NCBI GenBank assembly: GCA_012031785.1
Contig: JAAUTG010000001.1
Coordinates: 1,896 to 65,895, forward strand
Direction of reading: 5' to 3'
Origin: Saprospiraceae bacterium
Lineage (GTDB): Bacteria; Bacteroidota; Bacteroidia; Chitinophagales; Saprospiraceae
DNA: 64,000 nucleotides
Below, in pieces: positions 8,349 to 18,017 of the stretch. The notes beneath the pieces were generated by a model, which worked only from the letters and a program-made list of their open reading frames with translations, did not search any database and was not told the DNA's origin. The position numbers and the translations under genes were made by a program. Every line of letters starts with the position of its first letter. Positions within the stretch are counted from its first letter, which is position 1.

Positions 8349-9934
8349 TTGAAAATCGGCAAAAGATCGTTGAGGTGGTTAATACTTTCGGTAAAGATCG
8401 CCCAACTTCCGATTCTCCTTGGTTTCAACAAAAGCCTGACTATGCACCAAATGCTGGTCTAGCAGCAATCATTGTTAAGGAAATCGGGAAACGCATTCAC
8501 ACACTCATTGCTGACGAAGCGCATGAGTACAAGTCCGATAGTTCGGCTCAAGGCATTGCTTTTAGCCGTATCGCCGAAAAAGCCCGTAAGATCGTTGCGC
8601 TAACTGCCACCCCGAACAATGGACGTGCTGATAGTGCGATCCAGTTGGAGTACGCGATTAACCCAACACGGATGAACGATCATTTTGGTCATAATGGCTC
8701 ATCTACCGCTATGTGGGTCGCACGCATGGGTATCACTGAGGAGTTTTTCACGAACGCCGAAGTCTTAGATTACGGGAAACGAACAGTGAAGATGACCAAG
8801 ACCTCTCCTAAAGTTGGCATTGGCGCAACCCCAGCACAATTGATTTGGGGACTGGATCACTTTATTTATGTCGGGCTTGAGGACATGTCGGCAGAAATGC
8901 CCACAATGGAAGATATTGTCATTCCCGTCATGGTGAACCATGAAATTGCCGTTGAGTATGATAAAGCGGTTTCCTGGTACGAAAGTTATGCCAATGATCG
9001 CAAAAAACGCCTAGGCGATGTGTCTGCCCAAGCGAAACTTAATCACTTCAAGGCGGAGTGGTTAAACGCCTTCTGGAAACCGTACAACTTTACCCACAAT
9101 TTCCGTGAGGAAAAAGGTGGGGAAGTTATTCGAACTGAAGTCAAAACCCCCTACTCTCCAAAGGTCATCAATACGATCTCCAATAAAGAGCAAAAACTCT
9201 TGGAGATTGTTTATGATGAACTAGCGGAAGGTCGCAAGGTAACGGTGTACACCAATACCTCTGGGCATACGGCACATATTGCCGAACTGATCCGCAATGA
9301 AGTCACTCCCAATGTCGTTGAACTTCATATTGATACCTGCAAAACCAATGAACGTGAAGCCTGGTTCAAACGCCAGATGGCTGAAGGTGCGGAGGTTTTG
9401 GTTACGAATATGGATTTGGTCAAGACAGGAATTGACCTTGTCGAAACCCCTACTATCATCTTCTTTGAGCATAGCCCGAATATCTTCACCGTACTGCAAG
9501 CGCGTGGTCGCGCTTGGCGGGCAATTCAAACCGAACCATGTAAAGCCTATTACCTCATCAATTCAATTGATGGGGAGACGATTGATAACCCCGAAGCGGC
9601 GTTGTTGTATTTCAATATTGCCCGCAAGATGGATACCGTTAGATTCCTAACGGGCAAAGGTGAACATGGGGCTATTCAAGCCACTGGTGTCCGCAAGTCC
9701 TTGGATGAGGAATTAGCGGAAATCATCGCTGAAAATGTTGACCTCAACAAAATCGCGCAGGCGTTCAAAAATGCGCGAACCGAAAGCGACTGGATTAGCG
9801 ATGATGAACCTCAGTTGATTGAGGTTGCCGCGCCAGTCCAAGCCGCTCCTAAAGTTGATAAGGTTGTTATGCCCCGTAAGATCGAAGAGGAGATGTTGCC
9901 TTATACGGCTCCCGTCCAGCTTTCACTTTTTTAG
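8225..9934 (+). CDS. SF2 helicase, motifs II-VI; probable continuation of 5934..8348 in the -1 frame
   Basis: LIADEAHEY (DEAH = 8513-8524), LTATPNNG, VTNMDLVKTGIDL, QARGRAWR. This frame is open from 8201 and overlaps the upstream ORF. Confidence 0.8.
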   Translation: MALRGKGECHPNYEPETDFMVKGEVRRPVPVYSLIPFPDLLIENRQKIVEVVNTFGKDRPTSDSPWFQQKPDYAPNAGLAAIIVKEIGKRIHTLIADEAHEYKSDSSAQGIAFSRIAEKARKIVALTATPNNGRADSAIQLEYAINPTRMNDHFGHNGSSTAMWVARMGITEEFFTNAEVLDYGKRTVKMTKTSPKVGIGATPAQLIWGLDHFIYVGLEDMSAEMPTMEDIVIPVMVNHEIAVEYDKAVSWYESYANDRKKRLGDVSAQAKLNHFKAEWLNAFWKPYNFTHNFREEKGGEVIRTEVKTPYSPKVINTISNKEQKLLEIVYDELAEGRKVTVYTNTSGHTAHIAELIRNEVTPNVVELHIDTCKTNEREAWFKRQMAEGAEVLVTNMDLVKTGIDLVETPTIIFFEHSPNIFTVLQARGRAWRAIQTEPCKAYYLINSIDGETIDNPEAALLYFNIARKMDTVRFLTGKGEHGAIQATGVRKSLDEELAEIIAENVDLNKIAQAFKNARTESDWISDDEPQLIEVAAPVQAAPKVDKVVMPRKIEEEMLPYTAPVQLSLF

Positions 9935-10439
9935 TCTTCCTTGTGATGATCGTTACGTCATCATCGGAGACTTCTCCCGTCAATTGGGCGGCGTAATCGG
10001 CTTCAGTGCCAGTTGCCCGCCCAGCTTCTGCTTTCATGGGATTAACTACTGTCTCCAATAGAAATGCCCCAATATTCAATCTGGCGGTAGGTGTCGTTTT
10101 ATCGCTTAGAGCATCCCTTACCATCTTTTCAATGATGCGTGGATACATTTCAGCCGCGTATAGTTCTGCGGCACTCTGGCTGGCGACAATAGGGCTAATG
10201 TATAGGTCGTATAGTAGCGACCAAAGCCCGTTCTCACGCCACCTATGAAGCGCAGAACGCATTCCTGCGGCTGTCATCCCAATCTCATTTGCAATTTCTA
10301 TTTTCGTCATCCCCGTTTCTGGGGAATTCGCCAACAAAACAATGACACGCAATGCTTTGATGATCTCATCTACATCATACTTATCAGCAATATGCTGAGG
10401 TATCTCCAAGGCTTGCGAATTTTTTTCTATGTCAGACAT
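9867..10439 (-). CDS. helix-turn-helix DNA-binding protein (putative regulator)
   Basis: MTKIEIANEIGMTAAGMRSALHRW is HTH-like. Reverse orientation. Its 3' end overlaps the helicase 3' end by 68 nt. Confidence 0.5.
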   Translation of the reverse strand: MSDIEKNSQALEIPQHIADKYDVDEIIKALRVIVLLANSPETGMTKIEIANEIGMTAAGMRSALHRWRENGLWSLLYDLYISPIVASQSAAELYAAEMYPRIIEKMVRDALSDKTTPTARLNIGAFLLETVVNPMKAEAGRATGTEADYAAQLTGEVSDDDVTIITRKTKKVKAGREPYKATSPLRSYGA

Positions 10440-10472
10440 ACGTCACCTTTCTTTTCGACTATAATATCACAC

Positions 10473-10502
10473 TGGACAGAAAACTATGAAGTGTGGTATC
10501 AT
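10473..10502 (+). promoter_or_regulatory. sigma70-type promoter TGGACA-N18-TGgTATCAT
   Basis: -35 at 10473-10478 and extended -10 at 10494-10502, about 28 nt upstream of ATG 10530. Confidence 0.5.
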
Positions 10503-10529
10503 TAGTTAATAGACAATTGGAGGAATAAT

Positions 10530-11611
10530 ATGAAAAAAATTGCGGAAGATTTTTTCGCAGCGTATCAACGGCAGCTATTCAATCGTTTGCCCTATGTGTT
10601 TGTTGACAATTATGTTGATGACCCAGAAGGAAAAGACCCCCATCGAATTAACGCCTCTGCATAGGTAAATGTCCGCTCCAGGAATTTCGTAAGCGGCAAA
10701 ACGCCCCAAAGAATTGCCCACAATCAGTCGCTGAACTGCTTCCATCCTTTCAGCGCATGGCTCAAGGTGAAATGGACGCTATTCCCCTCCAATCCGCACT
10801 GGTAAACAGGTGGGGAGACTATTCACAGCAGATGAATATCCCCAGAACTCAGAAGGGAAAGCGCCTTTCCCAGGTTTTAAGTGAAATCGGAAAGACTGAG
10901 GGGGCTGCCTTGGAAGCTCCGATCTATTATAGATTTGATGGAGTGGAGGTATCAGGCAGAGCCGACGGGTGGGTATCTACTCAAGAATATGAGTGCGTTT
11001 TTGAGTTCAAAAGAACGGATATGCCATCAAATAGCCCAGAAGAATTTGGGGTAATCCCTTTGAAGGAATCGTACCTAATGCAGACAATGGCTTATCTGCT
11101 TGGTACTGGCGTGCGATATGGCGCGATTGGTATCCAGACACGAACACTCACGAACCTGTGGGTGGTAGATAGCCTGGAAAAGAAGGTATTCGGCTATCGC
11201 CAGATAGGTGATAAAATTATAGAGATTGAACCACGCAACCAAGGGATCGTGCGGTTGGTTGATGAACAAGTTATCCGAAACCTAGCATATGAGCAATATG
11301 CTTATATGTCTGGACAAACAGAAGAATGTCCGATCCCCGATCCATTCAACGATAGTGAGCGCGGGTGGCTATGTTATTCACGGGTTGGGGGCAAGTACCC
11401 CAGCGTGCGTAAAACTGATCCGCAAGACGAAGATGCCGTTCGGGTCGAAAATAAAGAAAATCGGTCAGGCAATGAATGGCTCATACCCGTGAACGTTACG
11501 TCAAACTGTGAATGGAACTGTCATTTCGTAAATCGCGCAGAAGAAAAGAAAATGTACCAGGCTAGTAGCGGGCGACGCTTCATCGGAAAGGAAAATGCGC
11601 CAAATGATTAA
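10530..11611 (+). CDS. Cas4/RecB-family PD-(D/E)XK exonuclease, reading frame interrupted near 10652-10664
   Basis: GRADGWV...VFEFKR...YLMQTMAYL (D, ExK and QxxxY motifs). C-terminal Cys residues (CPIPD...LCYS...NCEWNC). The N-terminal Cys motif IGKCPLQEF lies in the main frame between a TAA at 10649-10651 and the first ATG at 10757, with no start codon of its own. The 44-codon ORF 10530-10664 ends ...HRINASA* one frame away. Confidence 0.75.
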
Positions 11612-12053
11612 CTTAGATATAGATGCCAAAGAGTTGTCTAACATTATCAAGGCTTGGGAGGATTCTAAGCCACCGAAGGATCGAACGCCTGCCGCGCAAA
11701 AGAAAGAACGCGACAACTCATTGACGTTGCGCGACCTCACGATCTTGAAAGCATGTGTAGACATCTTTATTGCGACGGGGAAAGCTCCGACGCAAAAAGA
11801 ACTCTATCAAGGAAGGGGCATTGATAGATTCGTTGATGCCAATAATCTCCCTAAGTATTACATGGGCAGCAGAAATGGCGGATTAAATTCCGCGTCAACC
11901 TTGATTAAAGCAATCAAGAAGCTCCAAGTGCGTGAATTGGTGGACTACCGCAGTTATTGCCCGACTGCGGAAGGCATTCGGGTGGCGGGTCTGTTTTGGC
12001 AAAGCCATCTTGAAAATGGGCAAAAACTTCCATTCGGCTATACAATAGCTTAG
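11595..12053 (+). CDS. putative winged-helix DNA-binding protein
   Basis: 152-codon ORF. LTLRDLTILKACVDIFIATGKAPTQKELY resembles LexA/MarR-type wHTH N-termini. Confidence 0.4.
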   Translation: MRQMINLDIDAKELSNIIKAWEDSKPPKDRTPAAQKKERDNSLTLRDLTILKACVDIFIATGKAPTQKELYQGRGIDRFVDANNLPKYYMGSRNGGLNSASTLIKAIKKLQVRELVDYRSYCPTAEGIRVAGLFWQSHLENGQKLPFGYTIA

Positions 12054-12073
12054 TAAATCCCAAGGAGGGACTT

Positions 12074-12739
12074 ATGGCGATCCAGATTTTATCAGCACTA
12101 GAACTACCGTTTTCTACGGACTACCTTGAATTCAAGCCTGGTGCAAAAGGAAAACAGGGTACTCCAAACGACGGCAAAGCCATGCCCTTGGCTTATATTG
12201 ATGCGCGGGCGGTGATGTACCGCATTCAGTCTGTTTTTGGTTACAACTATGAAATCAAGAACACCTTTATCGGTGGCGAAAAATCAGTTGTTCAATCTGA
12301 AATTCGCGTCTTGATGCCCACGTCTGCCACCTGGCAATCCTACTCTGCCGTTGTGGAAGTTGACTGGAAGGATACTGAACCAGTCAAGACGGCAGAAAGT
12401 CAAGCGTTGAAGCGTGCTGCTGGCTACTTGGGGATTGGGCGTTATCTGTATGACAACCGCTCTCCCTGGGCAGAGTTTGATGGTTATCGGTTCAAAAACG
12501 AACCCGTACTCCGACTACCACCAGATGCGATGTCCGCAAGCGACCTAAAAGCCTTGCGGGAAAGCCTGGGTGTTTCCATAGAGGCACTGACCGCCGCGCT
12601 AACATTCTTCCAGTCAACCGTCAAGACGGATCGCTACACACTGTTGGCAAAGTTTATGGTAGAGGTTGCACCCTATCTGAGCGGGCTAGATGGTACGAAG
12701 GCGTTCAACCTGCTTGGAAGTGGCAATAATAATGAATAA
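12074..12739 (+). CDS. Rad52/Rad22-family single-strand annealing protein
   Basis: AYIDARAVMYRIQSVFG...W and TAESQALKRAAGYLGIGRYLYD are hallmark Rad52_Rad22 motifs. Confidence 0.8.
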   Translation: MAIQILSALELPFSTDYLEFKPGAKGKQGTPNDGKAMPLAYIDARAVMYRIQSVFGYNYEIKNTFIGGEKSVVQSEIRVLMPTSATWQSYSAVVEVDWKDTEPVKTAESQALKRAAGYLGIGRYLYDNRSPWAEFDGYRFKNEPVLRLPPDAMSASDLKALRESLGVSIEALTAALTFFQSTVKTDRYTLLAKFMVEVAPYLSGLDGTKAFNLLGSGNNNE

Positions 12740-13205
12740 GGCGAAAGACAAAGCAGAGGCAGTAGCAATACTGTCGTTCCAGAAAGCGGGGTGGAAACCC
12801 CGCACTTCGCCTCAATATGGTGGACTGGAAAAGGGAGAACCAGACTTATTCTGTATCTCCCCAACTGGAAAAGGATTGGCTGTGGAGGTCAAAAACGGGA
12901 GCGCGAATGAAGGCAACCTTCGTTTTTATACCCGCTTATGGAAACCAGATCAGCGTATCTGGGCGGCTAACCATCCCCGCATTTGGCGCATGTTTCTTTG
13001 TCTAGGGAAAGATTATACAGGCAGGGAAATTGCCGCATGGCTGATGCCTTACTGGTTTTGGAATAGTGCCATTACTGAGTGCAGTAAGTCAATCCATTAC
13101 GATTGGCTTATCAAAAGCGCAAAAGACCACCTTCTTCAGCCGCAGGTTTCCATTAGCGGCTTTTTCTTTCAAATCCCAGAGAAGGAGGGCTACTATGGGG
13201 ATTAA
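12732..13205 (+). CDS. VRR-NUC / Holliday-junction-resolvase-like PD-(D/E)XK nuclease
   Basis: GEPDLFCISPTGKGLAVEVKNG (D...ExK core). The ATG at 12732 overlaps the stop of the annealase gene. Confidence 0.55.
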   Translation: MNKAKDKAEAVAILSFQKAGWKPRTSPQYGGLEKGEPDLFCISPTGKGLAVEVKNGSANEGNLRFYTRLWKPDQRIWAANHPRIWRMFLCLGKDYTGREIAAWLMPYWFWNSAITECSKSIHYDWLIKSAKDHLLQPQVSISGFFFQIPEKEGYYGD

Positions 13206-13791
13206 GGATACCTTGGTAGCGGAAGCCACAAAGATCGTTTTGGAGGAACACCCTGGAGTTAATGCTGACGAACCGATGGTTCACGCCAAAATCCTAGTAG
13301 AGGCAGTTGGGCTAGGCGGTGCGGCTATATCTAGTATAGGGCTTGACCTCTACGCGCTGCTCAAGGAGCAGCTTGGGCTTAAGTTGCATCATACCCTTGG
13401 AGAAACTGATAATTTTCTGGAGTTTGTATCCTTAACGTACTCTACCAGGGAGGGTTACACAACCATCTGGCGCGTAGCTAAGGCGTTAGTCACGCTAGTT
13501 CAGTATTGGACTGGCGATGATCCGAACAGTAAGCAGTTGTCGAACATCATGAATATTCCCAAGGACTTTTACAATCTAGCAGACGATCAAAAACGAAAAA
13601 TCGTTGCCGATGTCATGAGCGGCGACCTGGATAGAGATGAAATGATCCTAACTGTAAAAAGTGGAGGCGCGTTAATCAAGGGGACATACAAAATCTCACA
13701 GGTCGGAGACGATTTTCAAATCGTGATTACGTGCAGCCCAATTGTTTGGGATAGCATGAAGCCGCGTATCAGTAAGTTTTTAGAAGAATAG
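13195..13791 (+). CDS. hypothetical protein
   Basis: ATG 13195 is preceded by gaaggaggg. The ORF-track start at 13066 lies inside the previous gene. Confidence 0.5.
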   Translation: MGIKDTLVAEATKIVLEEHPGVNADEPMVHAKILVEAVGLGGAAISSIGLDLYALLKEQLGLKLHHTLGETDNFLEFVSLTYSTREGYTTIWRVAKALVTLVQYWTGDDPNSKQLSNIMNIPKDFYNLADDQKRKIVADVMSGDLDRDEMILTVKSGGALIKGTYKISQVGDDFQIVITCSPIVWDSMKPRISKFLEE

Positions 13792-13800
13792 GAGGGAACT

Positions 13801-14907
13801 ATGGGCGCAGATTTTGAGAGAGCGCGGAACATTCCCATTACTTCCATCATGGAGGCGATGGGTCATACTGGAAAGTCTTCGGGTGGATGGGTAATGTATA
13901 ATTGCCCATTGCACCAGGATGATAAACCGTCATTTGCGGTTTCACAAGTGACTAACCGTTGCACTTGCTTTGGCGGATGTGGTTTGGAACATTCATCGTC
14001 AATTGATTTAGTCATGGCTCTGATGGGGTTAAGTGAGAAAGAAGCGGTGGAATATCTGCTGAATGGAAAAATAACCCCAGCGACGGGTTTCAAAGCGGGA
14101 TACAAAAGCATCCCAAGTGAAACCGCCCCACTATCGAAGATTGACCCAACACTGAAAAACCCACGACTTGCGGATCAATACTTCGGTGCGCGTGGCATCA
14201 CACAAGAGTGGCGTAGCGCACTGAAGTTTGGAACAAGTGTCAATTTCAGTCAAAAATGGACTGATTTAGGTGGTACAGTTCACGAATGGTCAACGCGACG
14301 TTACACGCTGCCAGACTTCATCAACGGAACAGTTCGCCAAGTTGAAATGCGTCGTGACGATGCTGATGCGATGCGATATTTTAATGAAGAGCTAAGTGAA
14401 GCTGACCGTCGGCTAGTTACGGAGGCAATGCAAGCCAGTGGAATTGACCACGTGGCAGAATTCCTTGCTGGTCAACGATACCTAAGATGGAAATCTCCAC
14501 ATAAACCCTCTATTTGGGGTGCGTGGTTGTTGATCGGTCAAGATGGACGACCAAAAGAACTGCCTTACATCTTCATAACTGAGGGCAAGATTTGCGCCGC
14601 GTCTATTTTATCCCAAGGATACCCTGCAATAGCCCACAAAACCACGTTTGGGGTTAATCTTGGGGCGGCTCTGCGTGGAGTTAACAACATTTTCATCGTT
14701 CGGGATCGCGGAGATGCACGTATTGCAGATAACACATTTAGTGAAATCCCTACCAGTGGGAAAACTGTCATGATTCTTGATCCGCTTCATGGATACGGCG
14801 ATAGCAATGATATGGTGAAAGATGCCAAATGGCGTGATTTCCTCCAAACGTTCCCAATGGGTCAGGTTATCTCTCCAATAGATAATCTCATAAAAGAGGT
14901 GTGGTAA
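13801..14907 (+). CDS. DNA primase (DnaG-type CHC2 zinc finger plus Toprim-like C-terminus)
   Basis: NCPLHQDDKPSFAVSQVTNRCTCFGGCG...IDLVMALMGLSEKEAVEYL matches the CHC2 primase zinc-binding region. IFIVRDRGDA is Toprim-like. Confidence 0.8.
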   Translation: MGADFERARNIPITSIMEAMGHTGKSSGGWVMYNCPLHQDDKPSFAVSQVTNRCTCFGGCGLEHSSSIDLVMALMGLSEKEAVEYLLNGKITPATGFKAGYKSIPSETAPLSKIDPTLKNPRLADQYFGARGITQEWRSALKFGTSVNFSQKWTDLGGTVHEWSTRRYTLPDFINGTVRQVEMRRDDADAMRYFNEELSEADRRLVTEAMQASGIDHVAEFLAGQRYLRWKSPHKPSIWGAWLLIGQDGRPKELPYIFITEGKICAASILSQGYPAIAHKTTFGVNLGAALRGVNNIFIVRDRGDARIADNTFSEIPTSGKTVMILDPLHGYGDSNDMVKDAKWRDFLQTFPMGQVISPIDNLIKEVW

Positions 14908-15341
14908 TGGTCGTCACATGGAAAGGCATCAACGATGCGATCAACGCCGTGTACGCCAACAACTCTCAATACCCGGCTGATGCAGGGTTTGACCTCATGG
15001 CGTACATGGAAACGAATGTTGTTATTGGCGTTGGAGAGCAGGCGATGTTTTCTACGGGGGTGAACTTTTCTTTTTCAGAAGAATGCGTTGGGCTAATCTT
15101 GCCCCGTTCATCCATGAATAAGCGCGGAATCATATCCAGAATCGGGGTCATTGATAGTGGGTATGTCAATGAACAGTGTGGAATTGCCGTCATGCTGCAA
15201 AACCAAGGAGATGTTACAGTTAAAATTCATCCCCTTGATAAGATCGCACAACTGGTTGTTGTTCCACGTTTCCGTTTCATAAATGGCAATGTTGCCGCAG
15301 GGGAACGCGGTAGCAATGGATTTGGTAGTACAGGAAGATAG
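14907..15341 (+). CDS. dut: dUTP diphosphatase
   Basis: ADAGFDL, GLILPRSSMNKRGI, GVIDSGY and ERGSNGFGSTG are the trimeric dUTPase motifs. The ATG shares an A with the primase TAA. Confidence 0.85.
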   Translation: MVVTWKGINDAINAVYANNSQYPADAGFDLMAYMETNVVIGVGEQAMFSTGVNFSFSEECVGLILPRSSMNKRGIISRIGVIDSGYVNEQCGIAVMLQNQGDVTVKIHPLDKIAQLVVVPRFRFINGNVAAGERGSNGFGSTGR

Positions 15342-15349
15342 GAGAAATC

Positions 15350-16860
15350 ATGAGATCAATGAGTCAAGAAGAGAAGGCAATGTTACGCAAGTTCCTAGCA
15401 GATTTAATTTGCTGGGAAACCGACACTGACCAACCCGCCCAATATCTACTGGATATTCATCCGAAGCATCGCATCTATTCTGAAATGTTGGACACGCCAG
15501 ACCTCAAATTTGAACGAACAGTATTGGAAATTTTAGAGTTCATGGCAGACACCAATTCAAATCTACCAACAGCAGCTAATGTTCGCGCAGCACTGCGTGG
15601 ATATGGGTATCAACCAGAGGAACTGGATAACATCGCGCTTTTTAAGGGGCAAATCCGAACACCCGCGCTTAATGCGCTTGGACTGCACCGAAAAATGGGG
15701 CTGATTATCATCCAGCAGACGCTGGAGAGACTTATCGCCGACATGGATAAAAGCCCGTCGGCAGCGAAGGGATACGAAAAGCAGTCAACGCATTGCTTAA
15801 AGTTGCTCCGCGCACCGATACAGCCAAAGCTGAAATGCCAACCATCTCTGACCAAATCAAGAGAGACTTGGATGAAACTTATAAAGCCCTGACCAAAGGG
15901 CAACACGTCGGATTGAAACCATTCATTCCAGGTTGGGCAGATGTTCAACCTAGACTGAAAACCGACAAGATGATTGTCGTGAATACAGGAACGAATGGCG
16001 GAAAAACGACCTTTGCATGGCTATTCGCCAGATCAGTGGTGGAGCAAGGACATCGCTGCGTTTACTTCTCTTTCGAAACGCCCGTAAGTGAAATTGTTTC
16101 ACGGGAATTCGCAACGCTGGCAGATGTAGATACCAGCGTCATAGATGGCGGCATTTACTATATAACAAACAGTGAGGGGGTACGGGAGCGACGTATTCTA
16201 GTTCCAGAAACGCTATCAAATGTGCGCGAAGTACATAATAAATGGATGGCTTCAGTCACTTCGCGCTTTGAGCCATATGATGCTGTATCAATGTCATTGG
16301 CGGAGATAATCGCCGTAGTGAAGTCTGCGCGGGCGCGTAGCGACATTGAGGGTATCGAAACCTGGGTGGTTATAGACTACCTCCAAGCAACACTTTACAG
16401 CCAATTCAGCCAAGACCAAACGGCTGGCACAAACGCCGCCGCGAATTGGGTCAAAAACTCTATTCACGGCGAATTGGGTGTCGGTGTTCTTGTGATGTCC
16501 CAAGGACAAGATGACCCGATGAATTGGATGCCCCGTTTTGGAAACGATATCAAAAATCGGGCGCAGGTGTTTATTCACATATTGCGCCTCCCCGCCAAAG
16601 AAGACGAATTTGCGTTTGAGTTTGACGAAAACGGATGGATTTTTGATCCACAAACAGGTAGTCGGATACCTGTGCGGGATAGGTTTGGAAACCATCGGAA
16701 GATCGCGCCGAAAGGTGTCCGTAATAGCGCATATGCGGAACTGCATATCCTCAAAGCGAAAGGGGCTGGGGCGATTGTTCCGATTTACATGCCCAATGAC
16801 AGATTAGAGATTTCTGGATCATTTGAGGACATGAAACCAAAAGGCTGGGGAGAGAAATAA
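15350..16860 (+). CDS. dnaB: DnaB-type replicative helicase, reading frame interrupted near 15751-15800
   Basis: ORF 15350-15892 is the N-terminal domain-like part. The -1 frame (open from 15751) carries the linker plus RecA-like core: MIVVNTGTNGGKTTFAW (Walker A), CVYFSFETPVSEI and WVVIDYLQ. Confidence 0.8.
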
Positions 16861-16874
16861 TTTCACAGTGAAGC

Positions 16875-16896
16875 AGGAGGTTGTAATAAACCTCCT
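16875..16896 (+). terminator. perfect 8-bp stem-loop after dnaB (AGGAGGTT-gtaata-AACCTCCT), no U-tract
   Basis: Read directly from the sequence. The function (terminator, RNA stabiliser or SD-sequestering element) is unknown. Confidence 0.3.
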
Positions 16897-16934
16897 ATGA
16901 TGTTACAATTGGTTCAATGAAAAGGAGTATAGAC

Positions 16935-17600
16935 ATGACTGAAACACAAAAGTTGCAAGATTTATTAGCCAATGAAGCCTCCGCCAGGGCTTCTATCAAT
17001 CTGACAGAAACGGCGCGGAAAGAAATGCGCCAACGTCTTGCGATAAAAATGAAAGGTATCGTCGGAGAAGAAGGGCGTAAATCGCTCTTGTTGGAGTTGG
17101 GGGTAAGTAGCTCAAAGCAGTTGAATGACCAAATGCTGGTTAGCCTGCTCTGGGTCGCAAACCAGTATCCCCAGTTGATTTCGGCTGTGGCAGATGAAAT
17201 CAAACATCGTCCATCACAAATTGACTTCGATACGGTTGTAAACGAAAAATTCGAAGAGTTTGTGGATTGGACAGAAGCGGATCATTTTGTTGCAAACAAC
17301 GAAGCGGATGGAATTGACGATCAACCACAACAGTTTTTTCCACCTTACCTGCAAAACGAAGTGGATAAGTTCAATGAGGTTTTAGACAAGTTATCGGCGG
17401 ATGGTTCTACTCACCCAGAATATGGGGTGCTGAAACTGAATGAAAGGCAATATGCAATTGTAATTGTGATTGCGAACTTAATTATTAACGTCTTCAAGCA
17501 ATTTAGCGAATTGCCTGAAGAAGAGTATTTTCGGATTTATTTAACTATGAAATCTATAATGATCGGAGTTGTGTTATACATGGAGGGAAGAGATGGCTAA
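16935..17600 (+). CDS. hypothetical protein
   Basis: ATG 16935 lies after aaaaggag. Acidic central region. Confidence 0.5.
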   Translation: MTETQKLQDLLANEASARASINLTETARKEMRQRLAIKMKGIVGEEGRKSLLLELGVSSSKQLNDQMLVSLLWVANQYPQLISAVADEIKHRPSQIDFDTVVNEKFEEFVDWTEADHFVANNEADGIDDQPQQFFPPYLQNEVDKFNEVLDKLSADGSTHPEYGVLKLNERQYAIVIVIANLIINVFKQFSELPEEEYFRIYLTMKSIMIGVVLYMEGRDG

Positions 17601-17886
17601 ACATGAACATCCAGTGCAGAGCCAGTTACAATCTGGGTTTAACACAATTATTAATCACAAGCATTTGTGGGACGGCATGTCGTTGCAGAACGCGGCGATG
17701 TTGTGGTCGGAAAAAAACCAAAACCAGATAATCTTGCAATTTGAAGAAGGCGCAGTGGTTATCTATCTGTTGCCGAATGGCAAGTGGCGTGCCGTCGGGT
17801 CATTAAATGAACATACGATGGCGGCAAAGGCGTTGGTAGACGGGCTATCTTTTTTGAAAGAAGATACGCAATGGATAACCTTATGA
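17593..17886 (+). CDS. hypothetical protein
   Basis: ATG 17593 lies after ggagggaagag. Confidence 0.5.
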   Translation: MAKHEHPVQSQLQSGFNTIINHKHLWDGMSLQNAAMLWSEKNQNQIILQFEEGAVVIYLLPNGKWRAVGSLNEHTMAAKALVDGLSFLKEDTQWITL

Positions 17887-18017
17887 ACAATCCAGTCAGA
17901 AATGCTGTTCTTGCTGGGTTGAAAGCTAATCCAAAAAAGCCGAAATCTCAGGTGAAATCACCTCAAGAGAAAACGGCTAACAAGGGGGCAGATAAGCCCC
18001 AAGGAGCAATGTTATGA
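17883..18017 (+). CDS. hypothetical small basic protein (44 aa)
   Basis: Not in the ORF track (under 60 aa). ATGA overlaps at both ends fit translational coupling. Confidence 0.35.
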   Translation: MNNPVRNAVLAGLKANPKKPKSQVKSPQEKTANKGADKPQGAML

